The translations under genes were made by a program, and so were the position numbers. From positions 204,979,741-205,043,740 of the forward strand of contig CM041465.1 of NCBI GenBank assembly GCA_023213395.1: a stretch of 64,000 bases of DNA, read 5' to 3'. The stretch is from Cycas panzhihuaensis. Taxonomy: Eukaryota > Plantae > Cycadophyta. The notes under the pieces were generated by a model. That model was not told where the DNA came from. It ran no database searches and worked only from the letters and a program-made list of their open reading frames with translations. Of this stretch, positions 22,355 through 34,808 are shown in pieces (within the stretch, counting starts at the first letter, position 1; each line of letters begins with the position of its first letter).

Positions 22355-25300
22355 TGCAAGTGGAAGTGGTAGTGATTGTTCAAGGCCAAGCTCACAAAGA
22401 ATCTATCTGAGCCAAATAGTCTCACATGCTATGTTGACAGTAGTTTTGTATTTTGTTTCAATGGAGGAAAAGCGAGACATTTGGTTCCTTTTTGCAACTC
22501 AATGAAACAATTGCAGACCCAAGGTTGAAACAATAACCTGAGGTAGATTTATGGCTATCTTGGCAACCAAAAGTGCGTAAATGACTGACCGTGGATTTTT
22601 GCCCAGTCCAAGCCTTCTTGGGTGTCATGCTTAAAATTGCCGTAGTGGAGATGCGGTTTGATAGATAAGCAGCAGTGAGGATTGCTTCTATCCAATATGC
22701 TTGAGAGAGAGTTTGGACATGCATCATTGTTTTTGCTTTATTGACCATGGTTTTGTTCATGCGTTTTACCATACCATTTTGTTGAGGTGTATAAGAGGCA
22801 AAAAATTGGCGTGTAATGCCATTTTAAATGCAAAATTGATTGAACTCTTTGGACATGTATTCACCACCATTATCAGAATGAAGTATCTTGATTTGCATGT
22901 TTGACTTAATTTCAATTACAAGTTTAAATTCTTTAAACTTGTTTAGTGCTTATGACTTGTGTTTGATAAAATAAACCCACTTTGTGTGAGTAATCGTCAA
23001 TAAAGGTGATGAAGAATGAAGAGTTGGCAAGTGATTGTGCGGACATGGGTCCATATAAGAATGAATCAGTTGCAATAAGTGTTGAGCTCTCCAGGCCTGA
23101 CCTTTCTGAAAAGGTTCACAATGTTGTTTCCCCATAAAACAAGATGCACAAAGGTAATTACCCATCGAGATTTTGGGTAAGCCATACACCATGTTTTTTT
23201 TGAGCATCTGTTTTATGCTTTTCAAATTTAGATGTCCAAGCCTCTCATGCCATAACTGAGTCTTATTTAGAGAATGGGAGACTAAGACATGAGATGATCT
23301 AGATGTTGTGGCTAATTTGTAGAGGCCACAATCTTCATGGCCTATGGCAACAATATGGTCTTCTTTATTCTGAATGATACATTTCCTGTCTTTACATAAC
23401 ACAGTTATTTGTTGTTTATCTATTTGGCTAACAGAGAGTAGGTTTCTAGGCATCCCAGGTACTGAAAACACGTTGCCACTAGGAAATGTAGGAGTAGGGT
23501 GCTAATTATTAAGAGGTGCAATTTGTCTGACACGTAAAATCTCTATAGTGACATTGTCCCCAAAAGTCACTGCTTCTCCCTTGCTCTCTTGTAAATGTGT
23601 TAATAACTCTGTATCATCGGTCATAGGACGTAATGCTCCAGAATCTACAATCCTTGTGTTGTCATTTTGACAGCCACTGAAAGCACAAAGAGTGTCACTC
23701 TAATCATGTTGTATTGTGTGGCCTTGAAAACCACCTTGAGTTGTTCTTCTGGGATTTCCACAACGACCACCTTAGAATGCACCTCAAGTTGGTCCTTGAT
23801 GTTGTTGCTATTGTTGACGTTGATGCTGCTATTGTTGTTGACTTTGTTGTTGTTGTTTTTGTTACATATCATTTTGTTTTTTTCTGCATTCCGGTTGGGT
23901 GTGGCCTACTTTGCCACAATAATGATAGATGACAGTCTTAGATTTGGTGGTATTAACATTAAGACTGCCAAATTTCTTCAAAAAATTCTGTTTCGGTTGA
24001 AATGGTTGTTTCCTTTTCAACTTTGCAGTGAAAGTACCTGATGTGCTTGGCTCATTTTGTCGCGAGTAGATCTCTTTTTCTTGTAGCAATAAATTTTCTA
24101 ACTTATTGAAATTAGAATTGATAGTGTGTCATTTCTTGAGATATTAGAGATGAAGTTGTTGTACTCTTTTGGAAGAGCATGAATGGTTGCAGTAACTAGG
24201 TCTTCATTTGAAGTTGGCTTTCCAAGAGCTGTGAGCTAATTATTGATAGTTCTTACAGATGAAAGATAGGCTGCCATGGGCGCAATAAATTGTAAGTTAA
24301 ATAACTTAGCTTTATACATGTCTATTTTAGAATCATCTCTTCGTTCATGTAATGATACAATTGTAGCCCATGCCGGTTTAGATGTTGTTGGAAATTCTAT
24401 ATTTTGATCAACATTATCATTAATAGATAAATGAATGAATGTAAGTGCAACTTCATCTTTAGCTTTAAAAGTAGCCATAGCAACAAGATCAATAGGAATT
24501 AGATTATTTTGGTTTGCCAAATTTGGAGTTGGTTCAGGTTTGGCAATTGTGTCAGAGGCATAACCCCACAACTCATTCATGATCAATAAATTCTTTGCTT
24601 GCTTCTTCCATGTATTTGCATTAAGCATCTGTGTTGCCATGATGAAAGATTGTAGCTGATAATCAGCTTGGAAACTTTTTGAGTTACGTTGTTTAAGTTC
24701 CACTCAATATCCCAAATTATTCAGTACTGGACTGAAAAGTATGTGGACGGAATGGAGGGTTTCATTTGTGAGTTGTGCAACCTGATGATTGAATCAGTGT
24801 TGGCCAAGTTTTCAGAATCAACACAATTGAGGTAGGGTTGATCTGCACAACATACTGTGCTTTCCTTAGTGTTCACAGTATTGATAACACCCTTTTTGAG
24901 TCTTCCCACTTAACGTCTTAATTGTTGTGCACTGGCCATACGACCAATTGGTCCCTTAGGGAATGCACCAAGCTTAAGACTTCAATTTTGTGATTTCTAA
25001 AGTTGATTACAAGTGGGTTGAATTATTTGCTGAAAACACGTTTCAAAGACCTTTCTAAGTTGTTGAAATTCTTATCAATGTAGTACAAAAATTACAACTT
25101 AGTTCTTTAAAAGTAAGAAAATGCAACTATGTACCAAATTAAATCTTCAAATGAAATATTCAAAAGTGCTAAGTAGGAGATTTTAATGCTAGAAATGGGC
25201 ACTTTGAGAAACAAACATGCAAATTGGGAACACTTGAGACTGAAAAAATGATCCCAACACGGCACAAGAAAATGATTATTTTATTGATTTGTAGTTTCTT

Positions 25301-27534
25301 TGATGCTTTGGAGCAATGCCTCACTTGATTTGGGTCACCACGTAAGGAGCCCAATGAGTAAATAAATTAGAACAATGTGATTGTGTGCTGAAAACAAGTC
25401 GAAAACTGGGTGATTAAATCACCAAAATCACATGCAAATTTTTTTATGACTATTAGTGTGATTGGCACACTAAAAAGTCTTCAAAAGGATGAGATTTAAC
25501 TGTGTTTGAGTACTATTTAATGACCTAGGTCACCTCGTAGGGAGCCTAGAGTCACTTACAACAGAAGAAATCTTCATTTAATATGATAACTACAAATCAA
25601 AAATTCACTTGCAATTTTTTTTTATAGATGTAGCGTGATTAACACATTAAACAATGATGAAAGGGCAATTTAAAAAGTGAAATGAATAATAAGATAGTGT
25701 AAATTTAGAAACCTAAAGTTCAACATAAATTAAAAAAAGAATATGCCAAAGTATATTCAAGATTGTATAACCCAAAGTTTCGAAACTATGAATAATGTGG
25801 AAAATATTTCCACATTGGCAATGACGACGTCGAATTCTTATAGGTGTGCGTGAAATGATAGCTGGGAATTGGTTTGCACCAATGATCGATCGAGAAAGCC
25901 GTTAGAGAGATGCAGGTTGCTTAGAGTCGTGAACTATAGAGTAGTTGCCAAAGGAGAGCCGTTTGTTTATTGAGGATCGCTAACTATTAAGGAGTCACAA
26001 GTCGAGATCCACTAGCTAGCAAGGATGAGCCATGGGTTGCCAAGGGTTTATGGAGTTGCTAGATATTAATAGAGTTGCCGCTGAGATTTACGGAGCAACA
26101 GAAGAATGATGAGAGATGCGCTCGGTCAATTAGTGATGCGTCCAGTCTAGGAGGGTGATGCCCAAGACAGTCGCCAAAAGGGCCAGCAATCGAAAGTTGT
26201 AGGTTTGTCCACGCAGAGATCCGCTAATGCAGAGAGAAACAATAGTCTGCCACTGTTGGATGAGCGGCCAGATTAAGAAATGGAGGCACTAGTCAAAAAA
26301 GGATGTTGTCAATCCTCCTCATGAGCTGTCAACAGAGATTTGAAGCCCGCCTCATGAGAGAGCCAACAGATTAGATGTCTTTGCCAATCCAACACTTCAA
26401 GGATGCCTTAGATCCTCTCATGAGTTGCTAATGAGAAATCTTCTTCATAGACTCGTGCACCATGAAAACAAAGAGGCTAATATTCTCACAATAAAGTAAC
26501 TAGGATCTCCTTCTCATAGTAAGTCACTAGGATCTCTTCTTCTTATGCATGGACATTGCAAAGCCCTTAAACAGATCTAAGAGAGAATTTTGCAAGTCTT
26601 TTGGTGTGTATAAGAACTCCAATATGGAGGAATCTACCGCCAATAAATAAAGAAGAAAAAACTTCCTCAATTCCATCACAGAGACTTGTAATAAGGGCCA
26701 CAATGGAGAGCCACAAGATAGCCAAGAAGCATATTTTTTTTTGTTCACAAAGTTAGCTTCTTCAAACACAAGATTTGCAATTTTTTTTTTGCATATACTA
26801 ACATTCCAATAAAAAAAAATTGCAAGTTTTTCCCAGAATTAAACCCTCTCAATTTTTACAAAAATAAATTTCTAAATTCTTCAGATCAAGCCTTCAATAA
26901 AAAAATTTCAAAAATTAATTTTGAGATTTGAGACGATAGTGAGAACTACTTTGTTGGATTGCCTTCGTATGGTTAAGGTCGTCACCAATAAGGAGAAGTG
27001 ATACCTACTTCCACTATTCAAAAAGCTAACTCTGATACCAAAATGGGAAAAAGAAAATGCATAATAGGATCTATTTGAGGAGTCAGAGAGGACACATCAT
27101 GAATCATACAAAGATGAAAACTTGATTAACAACTTGACAAGGCAAGCATAAACTACATAACATAACAAAGAATAGGGAGGAGAATTGATCTACCACTCAA
27201 CCTATTGGAGTAGCTTCAACAACATTAACACTAGCTTGGAAAACTACATACCATACAAGGAAAGTATCACTCCTTATAAAGGACTTTGAGTGTACATGAT
27301 TGTGACATGTCACAGATCAAAAGAAGAAGACAAAGTTGAATGAAACTCTACTTCCTAAGCATTAAGTCTTGACTATGTAAATTTGTATTTTGGCACTTTA
27401 TGCTTTATGCTAAAGTGCTCATTTGTTTTATTTTTAAATTGTCACATTATCCTTTTTGTCTTTTATGTTTTTTTTCACGTGTTAAGTGGAAAAGTCAACT
27501 TTGGATGGCCAACACTTGTCACAATCCTCACACA
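22355..27534 (-). mobile_element. Second, related Ty1/copia: 5' LTR (27044-~27534), PBS, long leader, gag, PR, integrase fused to RNase H (RT deleted), 3' end missing
   Basis: PBS ACTCTGATACCA at 27029-27040; gag from ATG ~24640 (MATQMLNA..NELWGY; HYCGKVGHTQPEC); LWHERLGHLN (ORF 22950-23471); ORF 22458-22772 reads SHLRTFGC|QDSHKSTSGYCF. Confidence 0.92.
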
Positions 27535-27843
27535 CTTAGATAGTAGAGTTTCACTCAGTTTTGTCTTCTTTCTGTGATGTGTCACAATCATGTACACTCA
27601 AACTCCTTTATAAGGAGTGATACTTTCCTTGTGTGGTATGTAGTTTTCCAAGCTAGTGTTATGCTGCTAAAGCTATTCTGATAGGTTGAGTGGTAGATCA
27701 ATTCTCCACCGTATTCTTTGTTATGTTATGTAGCTTATGCTTGTCTTATCAAACTGTTAAATCACGTTTTCATATTTGTATGATTCATGATGTGTACTCT
27801 CTGACTCCTCAAACAGATCTTGCTGTGCATTTTCTTTCTTCCA
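27044..27843. repeat. Long inverted repeat of LTR sequence: arms 27044-27359 and 27535-27843, spacer ~175 bp
   Basis: The reverse complement of 27535-27843 aligns collinearly to 27044-27359 (e.g. GGAGAATTGATCTACCACTCAACCTAT, CAAGGAAAGTATCACTCCTTATAAAGGA), roughly 85-90% by eye. Confidence 0.95.
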
Positions 27844-29503
27844 ATGAGAACTATATGCAAAATTTGAGGCGCACTGTGGCATATATGAATAGGGTGTTTT
27901 TGTTTTGTATAGTGATAATGTGAAGTATCAAGAGGAGGGGAAGACAGTTTGTGGTTGAACATCGATTGGAGTTTTTATTTTTATTTCAATTCCTTATGTC
28001 ATTTAATTGTTCTATTTTGCCTTGATTATCAAAGGAATTCTTGGAATGTGGATGACTGACTGTTTGCTAAGTGTGTTATCTTCAAAACAGGGAAGTTCTA
28101 GCTGATTCTAATGGCTTTGCCTGGATAGCAGTGCTGTACTGCTGACAGTTCTTTATTACCTTTGATCCTATCTAATTGACAGTCAGATTATTGCTGGTTG
28201 TCTGTGATGAAGTTAATCATTTTATCCTGCAGTGTTTTGTATCGCTTCAATGCGCCTGATTAGAATTTCTTGCTTCCACAGGGTTCACTGGCTTGCCTCG
28301 TAAGGAAGCTGCCTTTTCTTCTCTTTTCCAGATTTCCCCATTTTCAAGCAATAAGTGGTTGTATCCTGATTTTATTATACGCTAGGTTTGAGAAGTATGC
28401 CCTTGTTTAGTTCTGACTTAAATCTAAATAATCTTATTCAGGATCTGTAAATACTCATCTACACTAGAAATATAAATATTACTAGTGATTGACCAGCAAC
28501 CATATCAATGAGCTCAAAGCAAATTTTGTCTTCTTAAGGGGGTGATCCAATGTCTCTCCAGCTACTTATAGATAAGTATTAAATAAAAGGGTAGACTTTA
28601 ATGGTGGTTCATAAATCATTAATTCTTCTAACTTCTGTGAATACCACATTGTCAGGAAACTTTTTGAGGCTGGAATTCCAGATCACACAGGAACAGTGTT
28701 TTCAAGAGAGGTTTCAGTTTCTGTCCAATCAGAAGAGCCATGATTTCATCTTGTGTGTTGGTGTCTCCATTATATCACTTCTGTGTTCATGCAGTGACAT
28801 GAAATTCATTGTAGATCCACCGATCATACATGTCCTATTTAATAAAAAAGACAGTTAAAAACTGGTATCCTGTTCTCCTTATAGTAACTCGCGTAAAAGC
28901 TGCCTTCTTTCCATGACCCTTGAAATTGATCCATTTGCATGCAGAGATCCTCAGGCCCAGGCAAGATTTTGATATCCAGTTTCTAGGTGTGCACGTGGGA
29001 GGCTATGGTGCACAGAATATACTGAGCTTGCTATTTTGTGGTTGAACTTTTATTATATTTTTGAAGTTCTATTTGTTCTTCTTTATGTGCTAGTCATTTG
29101 TCAGGTTCCAAGTCTCATTCATTTTCTCTTCGCATGGAACGTGTTCTGATACTCTCTCACATCTGTTGTTCCCATATCACACAGGCACATACATATAGGT
29201 ACAAACAAGGCACTGTGGAGACATAGTCTTAACCTTCAAGGAGTGTGGAAATACATCTTTTGATCTTTGTGAATCCTTCAAACTCATGTCTTCAGAGACC
29301 AGATACTGAGTTTTGAAATGTTATAAATCCACAGTAAGTTTTGAAGGTAAGTTGATATTGCATTATGTTTAGCAGTTCGATCTTCCTGGGTTATTGAATG
29401 CAGACTTTTTGCAGCCTTGGCACCATCCAGAGTGTTGCCCCATGTGCAATGTTACTCTGGAAATTTTGTTGATTGTTGGGACTTGTTCAGGCTTATCAAT
29501 TCA

Positions 29504-30796
29504 ATGGACAATAAACAGTTTCTGGCAGTGAAAAAGAGAAGTATAACAAGTATTTATGATGGGAGTGGTCAAAAAAAGAAGAGGAGGAAGACAAAATTCT
29601 CATTTTTACATGTGGACCCTATGGAAATGGATAATATGCCATGGAGTGAATTTCATGAAGATTTATTGGAGAGAGTGCTTGCACGCTTACCTGTGTCTAG
29701 CTTCTTCCGTTTTCGTTCAGTGTGCAAAGGATGGAGTTCAATCTTAAATTCCCCAAGCTTTCTGAAGGCTTGTTCAGAGGTGCCATCCCGGCGTCCATGG
29801 TTCTACATGGTAGACTCAAAGTCTCATCAAAGTGTTGTATATGACACGGAGATTAACAGATGGCACCATATCAAATGCCCCTATGGCTTAAGCAAAACTG
29901 TCAAGTCCAAGCCAGTAGCATCCGCAGGTGGTCTAATCTGTTTCATATCATGTCTTGGCAATTTCATTGTGTGCAATCCTCTCACAGGGCAGTGCCGCAA
30001 ACTACCGCATATGAAGACGACTCAGACCATACATGCAATCACCATGGTTACATGTAAAAAGTCATACAAGGTCATAATCATATATGGTGAATTGCCTGCC
30101 TATGTTATTAAGGTGTATGATTCATCAAGAAACCGCTGGAGTGAGCCATCTCTCAGTTGGAACATAGCAGACAGAGGATATGGAAAACCATGTTCCAAAC
30201 AAAATATTAGTAGTGATGATGGAACTGTGTATTTTTTGAACAAAGTGGGTAATGTTGTTGCGTCTGATTTGCAACGGAGTCCATCAAAAGAGTACTCTTC
30301 TATCTTGACATCAGCACATAGTGGCGAAGAAACAATCTATTTTCTGAACAGAGGGGGCAAAGTAGTGGCTTGTAATACTCATAAATGTTTCTGGTATGAA
30401 ATCCCTGCTTTATTACCTTCAACACTCGAGTATTCTCTAGACCTTGTTGATTGTGGGGGGCATATGTTAGTGGTAGTCCTCCGTGAATTATTTGAAAGTG
30501 CTACGGTACGAATATGGGGATTTGACGAGACAAAGTCTGAGTGGGTGCAAGTCTTGGCTATGCCGCCTGCGATGTCTCATGAGTACTATGGAAAGAAAGC
30601 TGATATCAACTGCATTGGGTATGATAACTTGATAATGATTTGCATAAGTTCTCATCAATTTAACCGTGTAGTGCTGTGCAATATCCTGGAAAATTCATGG
30701 CTAGAATTGCCTCAGTGTTATCTGCCAGAAAGCCGGAAAGTGAAAAAATTCGTCTCTGCCTTTCCATTTGAACCTAGGCTGGAGGTCTCGGTATGA
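29504..30796 (+). CDS. FBX13: F-box only protein 13-like (F-box + kelch-like/beta-propeller C-terminus), 430 aa from the first ATG
   Basis: F-box WSEFHEDLLERVLARLPVSSFFRFRSVCKGW; family motifs PWFYMVD, PVASAGGLICF, VYFLNKVGNVVASDLQRSPSKEYSS, LEYSLDLVDC, PPAMSHEYYGKKADINC and FVSAFPFEPRLE recalled from plant FBX13. Basic KKKRRK NLS-like stretch. The ORF track starts at TTG 29417; the first in-frame ATG is 29504, and an upstream spliced exon is possible. Confidence 0.92.
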   Translation: MDNKQFLAVKKRSITSIYDGSGQKKKRRKTKFSFLHVDPMEMDNMPWSEFHEDLLERVLARLPVSSFFRFRSVCKGWSSILNSPSFLKACSEVPSRRPWFYMVDSKSHQSVVYDTEINRWHHIKCPYGLSKTVKSKPVASAGGLICFISCLGNFIVCNPLTGQCRKLPHMKTTQTIHAITMVTCKKSYKVIIIYGELPAYVIKVYDSSRNRWSEPSLSWNIADRGYGKPCSKQNISSDDGTVYFLNKVGNVVASDLQRSPSKEYSSILTSAHSGEETIYFLNRGGKVVACNTHKCFWYEIPALLPSTLEYSLDLVDCGGHMLVVVLRELFESATVRIWGFDETKSEWVQVLAMPPAMSHEYYGKKADINCIGYDNLIMICISSHQFNRVVLCNILENSWLELPQCYLPESRKVKKFVSAFPFEPRLEVSV

Positions 30797-33700
30797 ATCG
30801 GCCTAATCTTGTTTATGGCCATTCAAGTGGCGGCTTCAGACTTTATGTAATTCTTTTGTAGTACTCTTGCAGCTTCAGATACATTAAACTGCACATTTAC
30901 AAACTTCATGTTCGGTTAATAGACTCATTATATTTTATTTTTGGCATTGATCCCTGTTTTGTGGGTTCTCTGTGTATACTCCGCTGAGTGCTCTTTCATT
31001 TTGACTTTTCTAACATCTGGTCAGTCTACTTTAAGAAGGATATTTTCCAGATTGTTCTCAAGTCATGGGGTTTGGTTGTAGTCCAAGTTTCTACTAGCAG
31101 AGTAGCAAGCAGAAACTAACATTGATAGATTGTGCTGTTATTTGATGTTCTGGCTGGGATATGAGTTCTTGTTGTGGAGCCCTGGCTTCAGGAAGGTGGA
31201 AAAGACTAGTGAGCACTCTCTATTTTGCATGAGGGAGATTATGAGAGTACCCAACTGCCCATATTGCTAGCATGTTGTGGACCTCTTCCTGAAATGTTAT
31301 GTACTTCTTTATGTGTAGCACGAAAGAATTTCTCTCTTGAGATATGGCATTGGTTCAGATCTTGGACTGCTTATTTCAAATAAAGGATATCATCTTTCTC
31401 TGCACAGAGTGTCTTTTTTGTGCCCTTTGATTGTATGGAAAAAGTTTACATCTTAGTTTTGCATGGTAACCTGAGTGTTTTAATAGCCTAAGTTTGGGGA
31501 TCTAACTAATTGTTGGAAATTGGAAATTATCATATTTAATTAAAGATTCACATTGTTATCTATGCTGCATGGATTCAAGTTTGGCATGGGTGGGTGCTGA
31601 ACCCTGGACACAATCTGTTTTGCAAGCAGTGGATTGAGTTGGGTTGGGCTGGGAACCTTGGTTGAACTGAGGCTTGGCCTGTCAAATACAAGTGTTAATG
31701 GCCGAAAAAAGTTTGGGAGGGGCATGTGGGGGGTGGGGGTGGGGGGAGGGAGAAAGAAACCCTAAACTAGCTCAAGAATTCACTTAAACAAAAGTTGAAA
31801 AACATGTTTGGACCAAGCAACATGTTGAAGGCAATAGCAAGTGTGAAGGCAACAGAAGAGGTTTGAAGGCTTCTCTCTTCTTGTTCACAATTCTCTCCTC
31901 GTGCACATCTCAAAACGGAAGGCAAAACTTCGCTCCAAGTTTGAGTGCAGCCATAGAACTACAAATGAAAGACTCCTTTTCTGGTGTACATGATTGTTGA
32001 GGGAAAGGCAATTGGTTAGAAGGGATTTGCAAGATTAGCTACAATATTTGAAGGTTGACTTTTTAAGGATGAGGCTTCATTTGCTTGGTACTCTTCTACC
32101 TTGATGCCAGCACATAGTCGTGAAGAAGTTATTTATTTTTTAAACAGTGGGTTCTATGTAGTGGCTTGTAAAACTCATGAATCCCTGCATAAATGCTTCA
32201 CTGTTCTCTAGACTTTGTTGATTGTGACTGTCATATGTTAGTGGTAGTCCTCTTTGAATGTTTGAAAAGTAGTAAGAGTCCTAATATGGGGATTTGGCAA
32301 GATAAAGTCTGACTGGGTGCAAGCTTTGGCTGATGACTACCTGAATGTCTTGTGAGGACAGTGGAAAGAAAGCTGACATCAGCTGCATTGGTTATGATGA
32401 CTTGGTGACGATTTGCAGTGGTTCTCAATTTAACCATCTACTGCTGTGCAACATCATTGAAAATTCACTGTCAGTATCATCTGAGTGTTATCTGCCCAAA
32501 AGTGAAAAAGTCTGTCTGCCATTTCATTTGAACCTAGGCTGGAAGCCTCGGCATGAATTGGTCTAACCTTGTTTTTAGGCTTTCAAGGGATGGGTCTAGA
32601 TGTAATTTATTCTTTTTCTATACTTTTGCAGCTTCGGATGTATTAAACTGCCCATCTGTACAGAAATTGTGCTCAGTTAATTGCTTCATTATACTTAACC
32701 TTGAATGTGGGCTGACCAGCAATCAGTTCTCCGTGTACAATATGTTCTTACTTTTCTCCTTTTCGAATCTGGTCAGTTCTGTTTTGTTGGGGGTGTTTGC
32801 AATAGTATTCATACCCATGGAATTTGGTGGGCATTGAAATTTTTATTTCCAGTGGTGAGTAGAAATTAACACTCATGGAATGTGCTGTTATTTGATTTTG
32901 GTTAATGCTGTCACAAACATACGACTTCTTGTTGCAGAGTCTTGGATTCTGAAAGGTTGAAAAGGCTAGTTGGCACTCCCTCTTTTGGGTGCTCCATACT
33001 ACTGCATCTTGTGGATCTCTTCCTGAAATGTTAACACATGTTGCCTTTTGCATAGCACGGAAGAAATTCTCTTCTCTAGCCATGACATTGGCTAAAGTTT
33101 TGGACTGAATGTCTCAAATGAAGGATATCATCCTTCTATGCTCGCAGTGTCTTATTTGTGTTTGGCTTTATGGAGAATTTTTACATAGTTTTGCACTGTA
33201 GCATTTGAGTGTTCTTCTGGTTGAAGTTTGGGGTTCTGATTAAAGATTGGAAAATATCATATTTAAAGGCTTGAATCATAATCTATGTTGCACATGTCTG
33301 AGTTCAGCAGGACTGGGTGTGTGAACCCCAGGTCAGATCCACTCTTGAAATGGGGGTTTGAACTTGGTTAGGCTGTGTTTCTTGGCTGATCAAAGCCAAG
33401 GCTTTTAATGTCCTATGAAAGAAAAGAGATGACCTGAAGGAGAAAAAAAGGAAAAAAAGAGAAATGAAAGAAACAGGAAGAGAAAATTAAAAAAACAATC
33501 CCTAAACTGACTTAATGGAAACTAAACTAACTCAAGAACATGCTCAAACATTTGACGTAAAAATCCCATTTGGAGGCAACAATAGGGTGAGAGCAAGTAC
33601 AAGGATAACGACAACGTTTTGGAAGTGGCTTTCTTTTCCACATTTCTCTTCTTGCTCTCTCTCTTTATGTTCATTTGAGATTTACTCTAAGTTTGAATGC

Positions 33701-33800
33701 TGCCCTATATCTAAAGACACCCCTTTGGACTGTATGATGGTTGAGAAGAGGATGAACGTATAGTGAGGAGCTTGTAGGATAAGATGCAATGTTTGTAAGT
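30292..33800 (+). repeat. Tandem segmental duplication, ~1.75 kb unit (30292-~32060 / 32088-~33800)
   Basis: Collinear similarity through the CDS end, 3' UTR and downstream flank (e.g. AAAGGATATCATC, GGAAA.TATCATATTTAA, CCCTAAACT, CTAAGTTTGA.TGC.GCC). Confidence 0.92.
32088..32556 (+). pseudogene. Truncated FBX13 3'-half pseudogene copy (no F-box, frameshifts)
   Basis: Homologous to 30292-30796. ORF 32345-32566 reads GKKADISCIGYDDLVTICSGSQFN..LCNIIENS. Several deletions and frameshifts. Confidence 0.92.
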
Positions 33801-34808
33801 GTTTTCTTGGTTTTTTATCCTTGACATAACACATAATCTAAAAAGGTTCAGCCCCTAGTGAAATGTGTTTACCACATGGGGACTAACCATGGTATGTAAT
33901 TTTAAAAATACTTCTAATGTATTATACAGAACTTCCTAAGGTTTAAAATCATTTTCATGTTAGTACCTCACTTTAATGCTTGTTTTCAATTTTGTTCATC
34001 ATGCTCCTCATTTGGCTGCTACAGTGTCCCTCTTTGTGCAGAATCAATCCTCATTGATGATCATCATGCATACCACAACCCCTCATCATCTACATTTTTC
34101 AAGAAGACTTTTGCTCATTGTTCAAGCTATCATTTCTCCTGTGGCTATGTGTTATGCTTGTTGATATTGTAGAGACTAGCTGTCACACTCCATATTCCAC
34201 GTCTCGATGGAACTTGAAGTCAAGAGAATGGAAATTCAGGGCAGGAGAGTTTACCATTACACTTTAACAATACATTATACATATGATACATAACTTTGCA
34301 ACTAGTAATTTACTTACTAAGTTATTGATTTAAATTACATTTTAACCTCAACATCAGCTACATTTTAATTTACATTTTAGCTTACACCTTAGCTGGAATT
34401 TAATGTGTATGTTATAGTTATTATTTAGGCAACATAAGATGTAGTTAATGTTTAATTTAGAGTTCTAAGTTAGAGTTTGCAGATTTTATGAATATGCATG
34501 TTATTGTATTTTTTATCATATATTCAGTACTTTTTGAAGTGCCATATTTTTGCTGTATTTTGGAGGTGTGTACATGTTTCAATCTGTACATTGTGACTAT
34601 TTTTTAAACACGGTTACTCAAGAGTGAGGTGTCATTTTGCTTGGTATACTTTTATACCCTACTTGAAAACATGCCACACTTTGTATTTAAACCTATATTT
34701 TTAGAACTTGCTTCAAGAAAACCTCAAACTCACGATTAATTACTTTGGATTTTGTAACAAGCCCAACTTTGTAATTGCTGTTAAAATTTGTATTGTCCAT
34801 TAGAGCAC

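Noticed and set aside
29417-29503. TTG-initiated N-terminal extension of FBX13
   Set aside because: This is a eukaryotic gene; the first ATG is 29504 and the extension overlaps candidate splice acceptors.
33950-34700. Possible hAT/DNA transposon remnant
   Set aside because: No terminal inverted repeats, TSD or convincing transposase motif found.
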